Positions 33,612 through 41,016 of a stretch of DNA of 41,016 nucleotides are shown here, in pieces (within the stretch, counting starts at the first letter, position 1; the number at the start of each line of letters is the position of its first letter). The stretch is taken from positions 1 through 41,016 of the forward strand of contig JBDTTM010000001.1 in assembly GCA_039930605.1 (NCBI GenBank), written 5' to 3'. This stretch comes from Bacteroidota bacterium. Its GTDB lineage: Bacteria > Bacteroidota > Bacteroidia > AKYH767-A > 2013-40CM-41-45. A model generated the notes under the pieces. It did not search any database and was not told the DNA's origin. It was given only the letters and a program-made list of their open reading frames with translations. A program made the position numbers and the translations under genes.

Positions 33612-34580
33612 TTACTCCTTTTCCACTCCAAACAAACTATCCACAAACTCCGTCTTATTAAACACCTGCAGATCTTCCATCTTCTCCCCTACGCCAATAT
33701 ACTTAACAGGAATTTTGAATTCATCACTGATGCCGATCACCACTCCTCCTTTTGCCGTACCATCCAGTTTAGTCAACGCAAGTGCATTCACATCTGTTGC
33801 CAGGGTAAATTGTCTTGCCTGTTCAATGGCATTCTGCCCTGTACTTGCATCCAGTACCAATAAAATTTCATGAGGAGCAGATGGAATTACTTTTTCAATC
33901 ACACGCTTGATCTTCGACAACTCATTCATCAGGTTTATCTTATTGTGAAGACGTCCTGCGGTATCAATAATTACAACATCAGCTTTCTGCGAAACAGCAG
34001 AAGTTACTGTATCAAAAGCAACTGATGCGGGATCACTGCCCATCGCCTGTTTGATGATTGGAACACCGGCACGTTTACTCCAGACTTCCAGCTGGTCCAC
34101 TGCGGCCGCACGAAAAGTATCTGCAGCACCGAGGATCACTTTTTTTCCTGACTGCTTGAATTGGTGAGCCAGCTTACCGATAGTCGTTGTCTTACCGACT
34201 CCATTCACACCCACAACCATGATCACATACGGATGACCATTTGTTGCAGGCAACGAAAAATCTTCTCTGTCTTCACTGTTATTTTCCTGGAGCAATGAGG
34301 AGATCTCATCTTTCAGAAGTGTATTGAGTTCGGCAGTGCTTACATATTTATCGCGGGCGACCCTTTCTTCAAGGCGCTTGATAATCTTCAGCGTAGTGCC
34401 TACTCCAACATCACTGGTGACAAGTATTTCCTCGAGGTTGTCAAGTACTTCAGCGTCTACACTCGACTTACCTGCAATCGCTTTTGTAAGCTTGGAAAAA
34501 AAACTCGTCTTGGTTTTCTCCAGTCCCTTGTCGAGCGACTCTTTCTTTTCTTTCGAAAATAATTTTCCAAAAATACCCAT
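33612..34580 (-). CDS. ftsY: Signal recognition particle receptor FtsY
   Basis: 322 aa. VGVNGVGKTTTIGKLA, AADTFRAAA, IDTAGRLH, LTKLDGTAKGG. Confidence 0.93.
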   Translation of the reverse strand: MGIFGKLFSKEKKESLDKGLEKTKTSFFSKLTKAIAGKSSVDAEVLDNLEEILVTSDVGVGTTLKIIKRLEERVARDKYVSTAELNTLLKDEISSLLQENNSEDREDFSLPATNGHPYVIMVVGVNGVGKTTTIGKLAHQFKQSGKKVILGAADTFRAAAVDQLEVWSKRAGVPIIKQAMGSDPASVAFDTVTSAVSQKADVVIIDTAGRLHNKINLMNELSKIKRVIEKVIPSAPHEILLVLDASTGQNAIEQARQFTLATDVNALALTKLDGTAKGGVVIGISDEFKIPVKYIGVGEKMEDLQVFNKTEFVDSLFGVEKE

Positions 34581-34700
34581 GTCTTAGTCTTTAATTACCT
34601 CAACGAAATACCAATATTACCTTCCAATATACTAATTGCGAATAGTCCTATTTGAGATGCGAATATTAGTATGTTCATTCGTACTTCGGTGGGATAAACT

Positions 34701-34730
34701 AAAAAAGCTCCCTTCGCATAGAAAGAAGCT
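34701..34730 (-). terminator. Rho-independent terminator after rpmG-DUF4295
   Basis: Minus strand reads agcttctttc tatgc gaagggagct tttttt. The stem is 10 bp including two G-U pairs, followed by a T6 tract (plus strand a34701-a34706). Confidence 0.6.
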
Positions 34731-34797
34731 CTTATTAAAATTATGTTTTGCTGATTTCCGTATAACGAACAACTGGTAACGTTTAACGGTTATCTGT

Positions 34798-34953
34798 TTA
34801 TCTGTTTTTCAGAAAATCCTTGATATGGTCGTTGTGTACAACTTCTTCCTTGAAATTATATCCACCCGTCTCCGGATTTTTAACCATTTTAATTACGCGT
34901 GAAAACTCTTTTCCTTTTCCGCTCTTGAGGGTTGCTACTACTTTCTTTGCCAT
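34798..34953 (-). CDS. DUF4295-family small protein (51 aa, below the ORF-track cutoff)
   Basis: Hand translation: MAKKVVATLKSGKGKEFSRVIKMVKNPETGGYNFKEEVVHNDHIKDFLKNR. The sequence and its position between rpmG and ftsY match the Bacteroidota DUF4295 family as I recall it. Confidence 0.75.
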   Translation of the reverse strand: MAKKVVATLKSGKGKEFSRVIKMVKNPETGGYNFKEEVVHNDHIKDFLKNR

Positions 34954-34991
34954 TTGATATTAGTTGATTGGGTTAATAAAGTTGATTGGTC

Positions 34992-35017
34992 AATTGGTTT
35001 GAACTAATCAACCAATT
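34992..35017 (-). other. 10-bp bulged hairpin in the rpmG-DUF4295 spacer, with a flanking AGTTGATTGG direct repeat
   Basis: aattggtttga / tcaaccaatt pair with one bulged T and a 5-nt loop. agttgattgg occurs at 34962-34971 and 34980-34989. Confidence 0.35.
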
Positions 35018-35035
35018 AACAATTCAACAAGTAAA

Positions 35036-35218
35036 TTATTTAATCTCCTTATGCAGCGTCATCTTTTTCAGGATGGGGTTGAATTTCTTCAACTCCAGGC
35101 GCTCTGTAGTCACTTTCTTATTTTTGGTAGTGATATACCTCGATGTGCCGGGCATGCCACTCGCTTTGTGTTCTGTACACTCTAGAATCACCTGGATCCT
35201 GTTACCTTTCTTAGCCAT
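35036..35218 (-). CDS. rpmG: 50S ribosomal protein L33
   Basis: [60 protein letters not shown]. Confidence 0.93.
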   Translation of the reverse strand: MAKKGNRIQVILECTEHKASGMPGTSRYITTKNKKVTTERLELKKFNPILKKMTLHKEIK

Positions 35219-35278
35219 TTTTATTCTGTTTTTGATTTAAATTGAAGCTTTTCAATTCCAAACCGTATTTTTGGGCTG

Positions 35279-35286
35279 CAAATATA
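35279..35286 (-). promoter_or_regulatory. Putative -7 box (TATATTTG on the minus strand)
   Basis: Plus strand reads caaatata, 61 nt upstream of the rpmG ATG. Confidence 0.45.
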
Positions 35287-35315
35287 GAATATTTTCTGAT
35301 AAAATAAGCAGGAGA

Positions 35316-36713
35316 TTACTTTTCTTTTATCCACACCGGTTTTTCCTTCATAAGGGCCTCAACAGCCTCAATTGTCCTGGGACTGGCTTCAGAAAGGTTC
35401 TCATATCCGTTTTCCGTTACCAATATATCATCTTCAATGCGGACGCCGATATTCCACCATTTGGGATCGCAGGGACTTCCTTCAGGGATGTATATGCCTG
35501 GCTCAACAGTGAGTACCACACCGGGTTTCAGCTTACCGGATGTACCTGCATCGTGCACATCAAGTCCCAGGTAATGTGAAGTACCATGAAAGAAGTAATT
35601 CTTGTAATCGCTTTCAGTTTTTGTAATACCTAAGTCAACCAGACCTTTTCCAATGATTGAGACTGCTGCTTTATGTGCGGCCCTGAACTCATTACCGGTC
35701 ACACATGCTTCAAAGCCGGCTTGTTGCGCATCATAAACCAATTGATAAATCTGTTTTTGTTCAGGAGAAAATTTTCCATTTACAGGAATCGTGCGCGTTA
35801 CGTCAGCAGAATAACCATGGTATTCCGCTCCCATATCATTGAGCTGAATGTCTCCTGATGCAAGCGGCTTCCTGTTAGCCTCATAATGCAAAATGCATGA
35901 ATTCTCTCCTCCACCACAGATGCTTGGATAACCAACGAATTCGGATCCCTCCCTTTTCCAAACGTACTCACCGATTGCCTGTACCTCATATTCGTGCATC
36001 CCCGGAATAATTGCACGCATGATTTCATTGTGCCCTTCACAACTGATCCTGATTGCTTTTCTCATCAACTCAATTTCTTCCGGCAGCTTGATCTCCCGCA
36101 ATTCCGACATGGAAGCGCTTAACCCGCCCACATCTCCGTTAGCAGGTGGATAGCTGCATTTTTTTTTGAAAGACTCAATAAGACTATAAAGATCATCACC
36201 TTCGGAGGCATTGTCAATTGCACCTTTGGGAAGAATGTACCAGAGTTTATCGAAGGTGGAAAAATCAATCTTCAAAGAATCAAAATCAGCAGCTAATAAA
36301 ATTCCATGAACGCCTGTTACATCATTGGCTCCTTCTTTACCTGCCCGCCTGCCGTTCCAGGATTCACGTTCCGGGTTCCGGTCGGGAACGAAAAGAAATT
36401 CATCAGAAGTCATTCCGTTCAGTGCAATAGGTGTTTTTAAAACAAGCAGCATGGAATTTGGCTCCAGGAATCCCGTCAGGTAATAAAAATCCGGTGACTG
36501 ATGATATTGGTAATCGTTGTCATTACTATATAGCCGTTCGGGCGCGGCAAAAATTACTGCAACAGAATTAACAGGCATTTTTTCACGCAATGCTTCCCTC
36601 CTGCCTTTGTGAAAATCTTTGGAGAGGATATCATTATCGTAACGATAATATTTCGGCTCCTGTGCTCCCGCAAACTGAAAAAGAAATAAGAACAATATCG
36701 CTATAAGACGCAT
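35316..36713 (-). CDS. pepP: Xaa-Pro aminopeptidase (M24B) with an N-terminal AMP_N domain and a signal peptide
   Basis: Metal/active-site blocks LNDMGAEYHGYSADVTRT, HGTSHYLGLDVHD, VLTVEPGIY, GVRIEDD. Confidence 0.9.
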   Translation of the reverse strand: MRLIAILFLFLFQFAGAQEPKYYRYDNDILSKDFHKGRREALREKMPVNSVAVIFAAPERLYSNDNDYQYHQSPDFYYLTGFLEPNSMLLVLKTPIALNGMTSDEFLFVPDRNPERESWNGRRAGKEGANDVTGVHGILLAADFDSLKIDFSTFDKLWYILPKGAIDNASEGDDLYSLIESFKKKCSYPPANGDVGGLSASMSELREIKLPEEIELMRKAIRISCEGHNEIMRAIIPGMHEYEVQAIGEYVWKREGSEFVGYPSICGGGENSCILHYEANRKPLASGDIQLNDMGAEYHGYSADVTRTIPVNGKFSPEQKQIYQLVYDAQQAGFEACVTGNEFRAAHKAAVSIIGKGLVDLGITKTESDYKNYFFHGTSHYLGLDVHDAGTSGKLKPGVVLTVEPGIYIPEGSPCDPKWWNIGVRIEDDILVTENGYENLSEASPRTIEAVEALMKEKPVWIKEK

Positions 36714-36716
36714 GAG

Positions 36717-37589
36717 TTATTGAATTTTCTTTAAGATTTCGAATGATCCATTCTTCCTCGCATCATCGTATGCCTGCTGCTCCATTTCTGCAATCAACTT
36801 AAGTTTACGCTGGTTGATGATCAATGTCCTGATATTATTTTTTTCAAAACTTAATGGAGACAAACTGTTTTTCACTTTGTAGCCTTTAATGCTCACAAAA
36901 TAAATGGTGGTTGAATCTTCGATTTCAATGTTACGGTTGTTGTGAACAAACTGCTCCTGGTCATAAGTCTTCAAAGGGATTTCTTTCAACAGGTCATCAA
37001 ACATCAGCCAGGTATCGTCATCAAGATAATAATTCATGGCATACTGGCGGCAGTAATCCTTCAGCTGCTCCCTATCTTTTTTGCCATCGGAAATATACCA
37101 ATCCCTGACCTTATTCAATTTAGGTGATTTCTTATTTAACTTCAGGTAAATTACTTTTAAGATATTACTCTTGAGCTCAAAGTTACCGGGGTTTGCATCA
37201 TAAAATTCTTCAATTTCCTTATCCGATACGGTAGTATCAAGCCGCTGATCAACCAATGCTTTTTCATAGGCATAACGGATCAACGAATTGCGGTATTCTT
37301 CCAGTTGACTCTCCACATCTTTTTTTGCTTCGTCCAGGTTACTTTCTGCCTTATGAAGTACAACCTGCTGGTGAATCCAGTTGTCGATATAACTTTTTAT
37401 CACGATGATACTGTCGTCGTGTGATGCATTGGCCGGAACAATGCCTGCAAGGTTTTCAGGGAAAAGATATTTGTCGAAAACGCGGGCCACAGCATCCTTC
37501 GTTCTCGTTTCGTTATGCCTCGAGAAATAGCTGCAGGAACTTAAATGAAAAGCACCAATGAAAACGAGGATGATACGTTTGTAGTTCAT
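36717..37589 (-). CDS. Lipoprotein, SurA-N-like periplasmic chaperone candidate (no clear parvulin motif)
   Basis: Lipobox FHLSSC. N-terminal region resembles SurA/PpiD chaperone modules (VARVFDKYLF...SYIDNWIHQQVVL). The gene starts 72 nt downstream of the PPIase gene on the same strand and ends 3 nt before the pepP start. Confidence 0.55.
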   Translation of the reverse strand: MNYKRIILVFIGAFHLSSCSYFSRHNETRTKDAVARVFDKYLFPENLAGIVPANASHDDSIIVIKSYIDNWIHQQVVLHKAESNLDEAKKDVESQLEEYRNSLIRYAYEKALVDQRLDTTVSDKEIEEFYDANPGNFELKSNILKVIYLKLNKKSPKLNKVRDWYISDGKKDREQLKDYCRQYAMNYYLDDDTWLMFDDLLKEIPLKTYDQEQFVHNNRNIEIEDSTTIYFVSIKGYKVKNSLSPLSFEKNNIRTLIINQRKLKLIAEMEQQAYDDARKNGSFEILKKIQ

Positions 37590-37594
37590 CTGCT

Positions 37595-37628
37595 AAAAAA
37601 AAATGGCGTTCACTTTAAATGAACGCCA
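37595..37628 (-). terminator. Rho-independent terminator after the PPIase gene
   Basis: tggcgttca (37604-37612) and tgaacgcca (37620-37628) form a perfect 9-bp stem. The minus strand then reads nine T (plus strand a37595-a37603). Confidence 0.75.
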
Positions 37629-37661
37629 CTAAGTTCTGAATTTTTTTTGCGCGAAACGATC

Positions 37662-39596
37662 TTATTTAATGATCGAATCCACGACATCCTCGTGAATCTT
37701 CACAGGATATTTCGCACGGAGTGAATCGATCCATTCTTTTTCAAGGAAGCCCTGGTAGTCTGCTGTAACCAATCCTTTTGCTTCATCAAGTGATTTAGGC
37801 TGCGAAGAAATTTTTTGTTTGACATCTACAAATACCGTTGAATTACCATGCTTGAAATCTTTTGTCATTCCGGCAACCCATGGAATTGAATCGATGACAT
37901 CATTGTCTCCTTTGAGAAACTTTCCACTCTTCACCTGGAGATTCAACTGGCTGCTTTTATTTACACGCGCCATCAAAGTATCATTGTCATCAATCGACTT
38001 CATCAGCTTGTGAACTTCTTTCGCAACTTCAGGGCTTGAGCATGTATAAACAGTTGCTTCCAGCCTGTCATTCCACATATAAGTATTCTTGTTTTTCCCG
38101 TAATACTCTTTCAGGCCCGCTGTGTCCTTCACAGCTTTCGACCACACTTTCTTATCTGTCAGTTCGAACAATAAAATACCATCGCGGTATTCCTGCATCA
38201 GTGATTTGAATTCAGGATAGTTTGCATCCAGCATTTTTTCTTCATACGCCAGCGCACTTTCATTCACCCATTCGCCATACATGTTTCCGGCCATAACCTG
38301 TGGTGAACCGGAACCTTTTTTTGTCTGGTGATCTGCAAGGTATTTCGAAAAATCCTGCTGCGTATATGTATTCGTTCCGAGGGTAAACATTGCACTCTTC
38401 ATATTAGATGCTTTTTCAGCAGTCCATTTACCTGAAGTAAGCGTCGTGTCCACTACTTTCATAAACTCATCCTTCGCCTTCGGCATTTCTTTGAAGTTAT
38501 ACTTTGCCTTGATCTTAGTGATCATGGATGACTTGCTCAATTCAGAACGTGAATCTTTGCCAACCTTGTTTTTCAAATCAGCCTGCAGTTCTTCATACGT
38601 TCCCAGTGATTTTTTCTCCAGCAATTTAATGATGTGCCATCCATAGGTTGTACGTATTGGATCACTTACATCACCAACATTCTTCAATGCAAATGCAGCT
38701 TTTTCGAATTCCGGAACCATGCGGCCAGTACCAAACTGGGGCAGTACGCCACCGGATTTTGCAGATCCCTGGTCATCAGAAAACTGTTTCGCAAGGTCTT
38801 CGAAGCTATCTCCGGCTTTTAGTTTACCGGCAATCTCATTGATCTTCGCAACAGCTTTCAATGAATCTTCCGGCTTTCCGCCTGCCTGGAATTTAGCCAT
38901 GATGTGCGCACATTTAACCTCTCCCTGCGCAGGGCGGGAATCTGTCACTTTAATGATATGGTATCCAAAACGGGTGCGCACCGGCTGTGAAATGTCACCT
39001 ACCTTGGTATTGAAAGCAGCACTTTCAAAAGGATAAACCATTTGCATGGAAGTGAAATAGCCCAGATCGCCATTGTTTTCCTTCGCTGAAGGATCATCAG
39101 ATTTGGCTTTTGCAATCGCTCCAAAGTCACCGCCTTTAACAATTTCTTCCCTTATTTTAATGATCTTATTATAGGCTTCAATGGTATCTTTTGGCAATGC
39201 ATCGGGTGCCAGTTTCACCAATACATGGCTTGCACGGACGTCAGTTTTCATCCTGTTGTAAGCCTCCTTTAAAAGGTTGTCAGATACTTCCTTATCGGTG
39301 AGGTAAGGTTGGGCAAGTTGCTTCCGGTAGCCGGTAAGTTCATCGGTAAAAGCCTTTGCAGTATCCATTCCTAACTCTAGAGCTTCACGCACTTTCAGCT
39401 TGTAATTGATGTAAAGGTTCAGGTAGTCAGTTACCGCCTTTCTATCATAAGAAGTTTCCTTGGTGTTGTTTTTCTTATAGACCCGTTCAAACTCTGCCTT
39501 GGAAATATCCTCACCTGCAATGGTGAGAATGGATTGTGCATGGGCAGTAGTAAAAGCAGAAAAAATAAGGACAGTAAAAAATAGTTTCCGAAGCAT
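37662..39596 (-). CDS. Periplasmic peptidyl-prolyl isomerase, SurA/PpiD-like with two parvulin domains
   Basis: Signal peptide ending AHAQ. Parvulin 1 RASHVLVK...GDLGYFTSMQMVYPFESAAF...FGYHIIKV. Parvulin 2 KCAHIMAKF...GGVLPQFGTGRMVPEFEKAAF...YGWHIIKL. Confidence 0.9.
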   Translation of the reverse strand: MLRKLFFTVLIFSAFTTAHAQSILTIAGEDISKAEFERVYKKNNTKETSYDRKAVTDYLNLYINYKLKVREALELGMDTAKAFTDELTGYRKQLAQPYLTDKEVSDNLLKEAYNRMKTDVRASHVLVKLAPDALPKDTIEAYNKIIKIREEIVKGGDFGAIAKAKSDDPSAKENNGDLGYFTSMQMVYPFESAAFNTKVGDISQPVRTRFGYHIIKVTDSRPAQGEVKCAHIMAKFQAGGKPEDSLKAVAKINEIAGKLKAGDSFEDLAKQFSDDQGSAKSGGVLPQFGTGRMVPEFEKAAFALKNVGDVSDPIRTTYGWHIIKLLEKKSLGTYEELQADLKNKVGKDSRSELSKSSMITKIKAKYNFKEMPKAKDEFMKVVDTTLTSGKWTAEKASNMKSAMFTLGTNTYTQQDFSKYLADHQTKKGSGSPQVMAGNMYGEWVNESALAYEEKMLDANYPEFKSLMQEYRDGILLFELTDKKVWSKAVKDTAGLKEYYGKNKNTYMWNDRLEATVYTCSSPEVAKEVHKLMKSIDDNDTLMARVNKSSQLNLQVKSGKFLKGDNDVIDSIPWVAGMTKDFKHGNSTVFVDVKQKISSQPKSLDEAKGLVTADYQGFLEKEWIDSLRAKYPVKIHEDVVDSIIK

Positions 39597-39628
39597 GGTG
39601 GTTGTTTTGGTTTTTTTTAAAAGGGTTG

Positions 39629-39636
39629 CAAATTTA
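39629..39636 (-). promoter_or_regulatory. Putative -7 box (TAAATTTG on the minus strand)
   Basis: Plus strand reads caaattta, 33 nt upstream of the ATG at 39596. Confidence 0.45.
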
Positions 39637-39722
39637 GCTAAAGAATCGTGTCCGCAAAACGAATGTTTTTTTCATTTTAAAAGGTGAAAATGAGATGAAA
39701 TAAAATAAAAATCCTTCTGCTT

Positions 39723-40241
39723 TCATCTGATCCGAAGATTTAATTGTTCTTCAACGCGGTCAATCCTACCCATCCGTTGTGTAAGGATGATCTTTTTCCT
39801 GTCGAGCAGGTACATAGTAGGACTTACAGTCAGCTTATAATCATCTTTAAGCTTTTGCTTTTTGTTCTGTTCGGGGAAAATATTTTTCCAGGTAAGCGCA
39901 TGTTCGCTGATATACCCGATCCACTCCTCCCTGTTCGATTCCACGGGGATTGCAATTATTTCAAGTCCTAGTTGATGGTAGCTGTCATAGAGTTTCTTCA
40001 ATTCCGGCGTAACTACCTCGCACAAATGACAATGCACCTCATAAAAATAAAGGAGTGTGTATCTTGATTTTATTTTTGAGAGCGAAAACGACTTTCCTGT
40101 TTCGTCATTTCCTTTGATGCATGGTGCCTTCAACCCGGGCGGCAATGAAGGATAGAGCAATGAATCCTGCGAGTAGGAATTGGAAAAAGTGAAAAGTAAA
40201 AAGAAGTGTATGGCTAAAAACCGCATCCCCAAGCGCTGCAT
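39723..40241 (-). CDS. Thioredoxin-fold thiol-disulfide oxidoreductase (TlpA/redoxin-like)
   Basis: Signal peptide. CxxC motif in YFYEVHCHLCEVVTPELKKLY. PTMYLLD near the C-terminus. Confidence 0.72.
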   Translation of the reverse strand: MQRLGMRFLAIHFFLLFTFSNSYSQDSLLYPSLPPGLKAPCIKGNDETGKSFSLSKIKSRYTLLYFYEVHCHLCEVVTPELKKLYDSYHQLGLEIIAIPVESNREEWIGYISEHALTWKNIFPEQNKKQKLKDDYKLTVSPTMYLLDRKKIILTQRMGRIDRVEEQLNLRIR

Positions 40242-40365
40242 TTCTTTGTTCTATTTCTTGCTTTTAAAAGCATACAAAGGAAATAAAACGAACGGAGTTT
40301 TCATTTATATGATTTTCTTTATTTCAATTATTTCAGGAAATGTGAATTGAACTTGGCTTCCTTGC

Positions 40366-40722
40366 CTACTGCCTATTGCCAACTTTTTTTTTGGCTGCTT
40401 TCGCTTTGCTGTTAAACTCAAGTGCCAGTTTGATCCAGAATTCAAGTTTTCTTTTTGTATCAAGTGCTGATATGTCAACAAAAACATATCCTTTCATCAC
40501 CTTGCCTGTAAAGTCCATCGGACCGCAACCTTCCATTTCCATCACTTCTTCGTACTTATCGGGATCGAGCCGTACCATCAATCTCTCCTGTTCCACTCCC
40601 ACACACATTTTACCGTTCACCATGAAACACAGTCCTCCGAACATTTTCTTTTCTTCCACATCCTCGTGTGTGCGGGAAATAATAGCACGGGTATTGTTTG
40701 CAAGCTTTTCGTTGTAGGCCAT
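40366..40722 (-). CDS. TfoX/Sxy N-terminal-domain family protein. ATG at 40722 is preferred over 40788.
   Basis: MAYNEKLANNTRAII...EEKKMFGGLCFMVNGKMCVGVEQERLMVRLDPD. A TAATTTTG -7 box overlaps the 40788 codon and lies 66 nt upstream of 40722. Confidence 0.75.
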   Translation of the reverse strand: MAYNEKLANNTRAIISRTHEDVEEKKMFGGLCFMVNGKMCVGVEQERLMVRLDPDKYEEVMEMEGCGPMDFTGKVMKGYVFVDISALDTKRKLEFWIKLALEFNSKAKAAKKKVGNRQ

Positions 40723-40787
40723 ATATGTGAAGGTTAAATTTCTGCTGCTGATTAATTTCTTTTCGATAATTGGTTCCGTTACAATCA

Positions 40788-40795
40788 CAAAATTA
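40788..40795 (-). promoter_or_regulatory. Putative -7 box (TAATTTTG on the minus strand)
   Basis: Plus strand reads caaaatta. Confidence 0.4.
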
Positions 40796-40860
40796 ATTTC
40801 CGAATTAAATAAATTAATGTCATTTCTTTCGCACCGACCGGCGAAATGAATCTCTTCGGA

Positions 40861-41016
40861 TTATTGTTTGATAAATTTCTTGACCGTAAACATTTCCTTA
40901 TTCCTGATACTCACAAAATAGATTCCCTGTGCAAATGCATCAATGTTGATCTGCGTTTTGAGGTTCGCTGCAATCTGCCTGTTACTAATCGCCCTTCCGG
41001 TAACATCTGAAATTGA
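40861..41016 (-). CDS. 3' end of a T9SS-sorted protein (C-terminal sorting domain only, as the gene continues beyond the window)
   Basis: Hand translation: ...ISDVTGRAISNRQIAANLKTQINIDAFAQGIYFVSIRNKEMFTVKKFIKQ then stop (tta at 40861-40863 on the plus strand). Confidence 0.7.
   Translation of the reverse strand, partial: SISDVTGRAISNRQIAANLKTQINIDAFAQGIYFVSIRNKEMFTVKKFIKQ

Noticed and set aside
35271-36430. Plus-strand ORFs opposite pepP (35271-35579, 35673-35858, 36218-36430) and the minus-strand alternative frame 35798-36040
   Set aside because: The pepP frame carries all M24B metal-binding motifs, and the others are shadow ORFs.
1-41016. Looked for rRNA, tRNA, CRISPR arrays, IS/transposase, integrase, phage or known defence genes
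   Set aside because: No tRNA-like T-arm or acceptor patterns in the intergenic regions. No regularly spaced direct repeats outside coding repeats. No ORF with DDE, tyrosine- or serine-recombinase, nuclease, helicase or methylase motifs. The window reads as ordinary chromosome with accessory surface and secretion genes.

Overview
41-kb chromosomal segment that reads as Bacteroidota. Supporting signs: five T9SS type-A C-terminal sorting domains, an rpmG-DUF4295-ftsY neighbourhood, TAnnTTTG -7 boxes 5-66 nt upstream of nine start codons, an ECF sigma/FecR/TonB module, and AT-rich sequence by eye. I recognised no rRNA, tRNA, CRISPR array, transposase, integrase or phage genes. About 33 protein genes are credible. 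Housekeeping genes are rho (5'-truncated, with an Asn-rich insertion), a PyrR-like PRTase, aroK, a CPA2 antiporter with a tandem-Usp protein, ftsY, rpmG, DUF4295, pepP, two SurA-like chaperones, a thioredoxin-like protein and TfoX. Accessory content, in order of interest: (1) 1597-7441 is a tight five-gene cluster: receiver, TPR/YaiO-like OM barrel, secreted CotH, TM-HEAT protein, PgaC-like processive GT2. It looks like a synthase-dependent exopolysaccharide system whose accessory set matches no characterised one. (2) 13233-17450 is a 1405-aa T9SS cargo whose N-terminal domain aligns by eye with animal lysyl oxidase. The HxHxH copper site and the LTQ Lys and Tyr are retained, and it is fused to an orphan proprotein-convertase P domain and adhesin-type repeats. 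(3) 17510-23676 is an ECF sigma/FecR module in which the STN signalling domain sits on a separate repeat protein rather than on the TonB-dependent receptor. A shared cis-motif precedes both the sigma gene and the receptor gene. Further items are a 7TMR-DISM adenylate cyclase with a divergent receiver, a 13.6% Met secreted DUF1579 protein, and a block of three T9SS cargo genes. All family calls rest on motif recognition by eye. No searches or computations were run, so domain boundaries are approximate.
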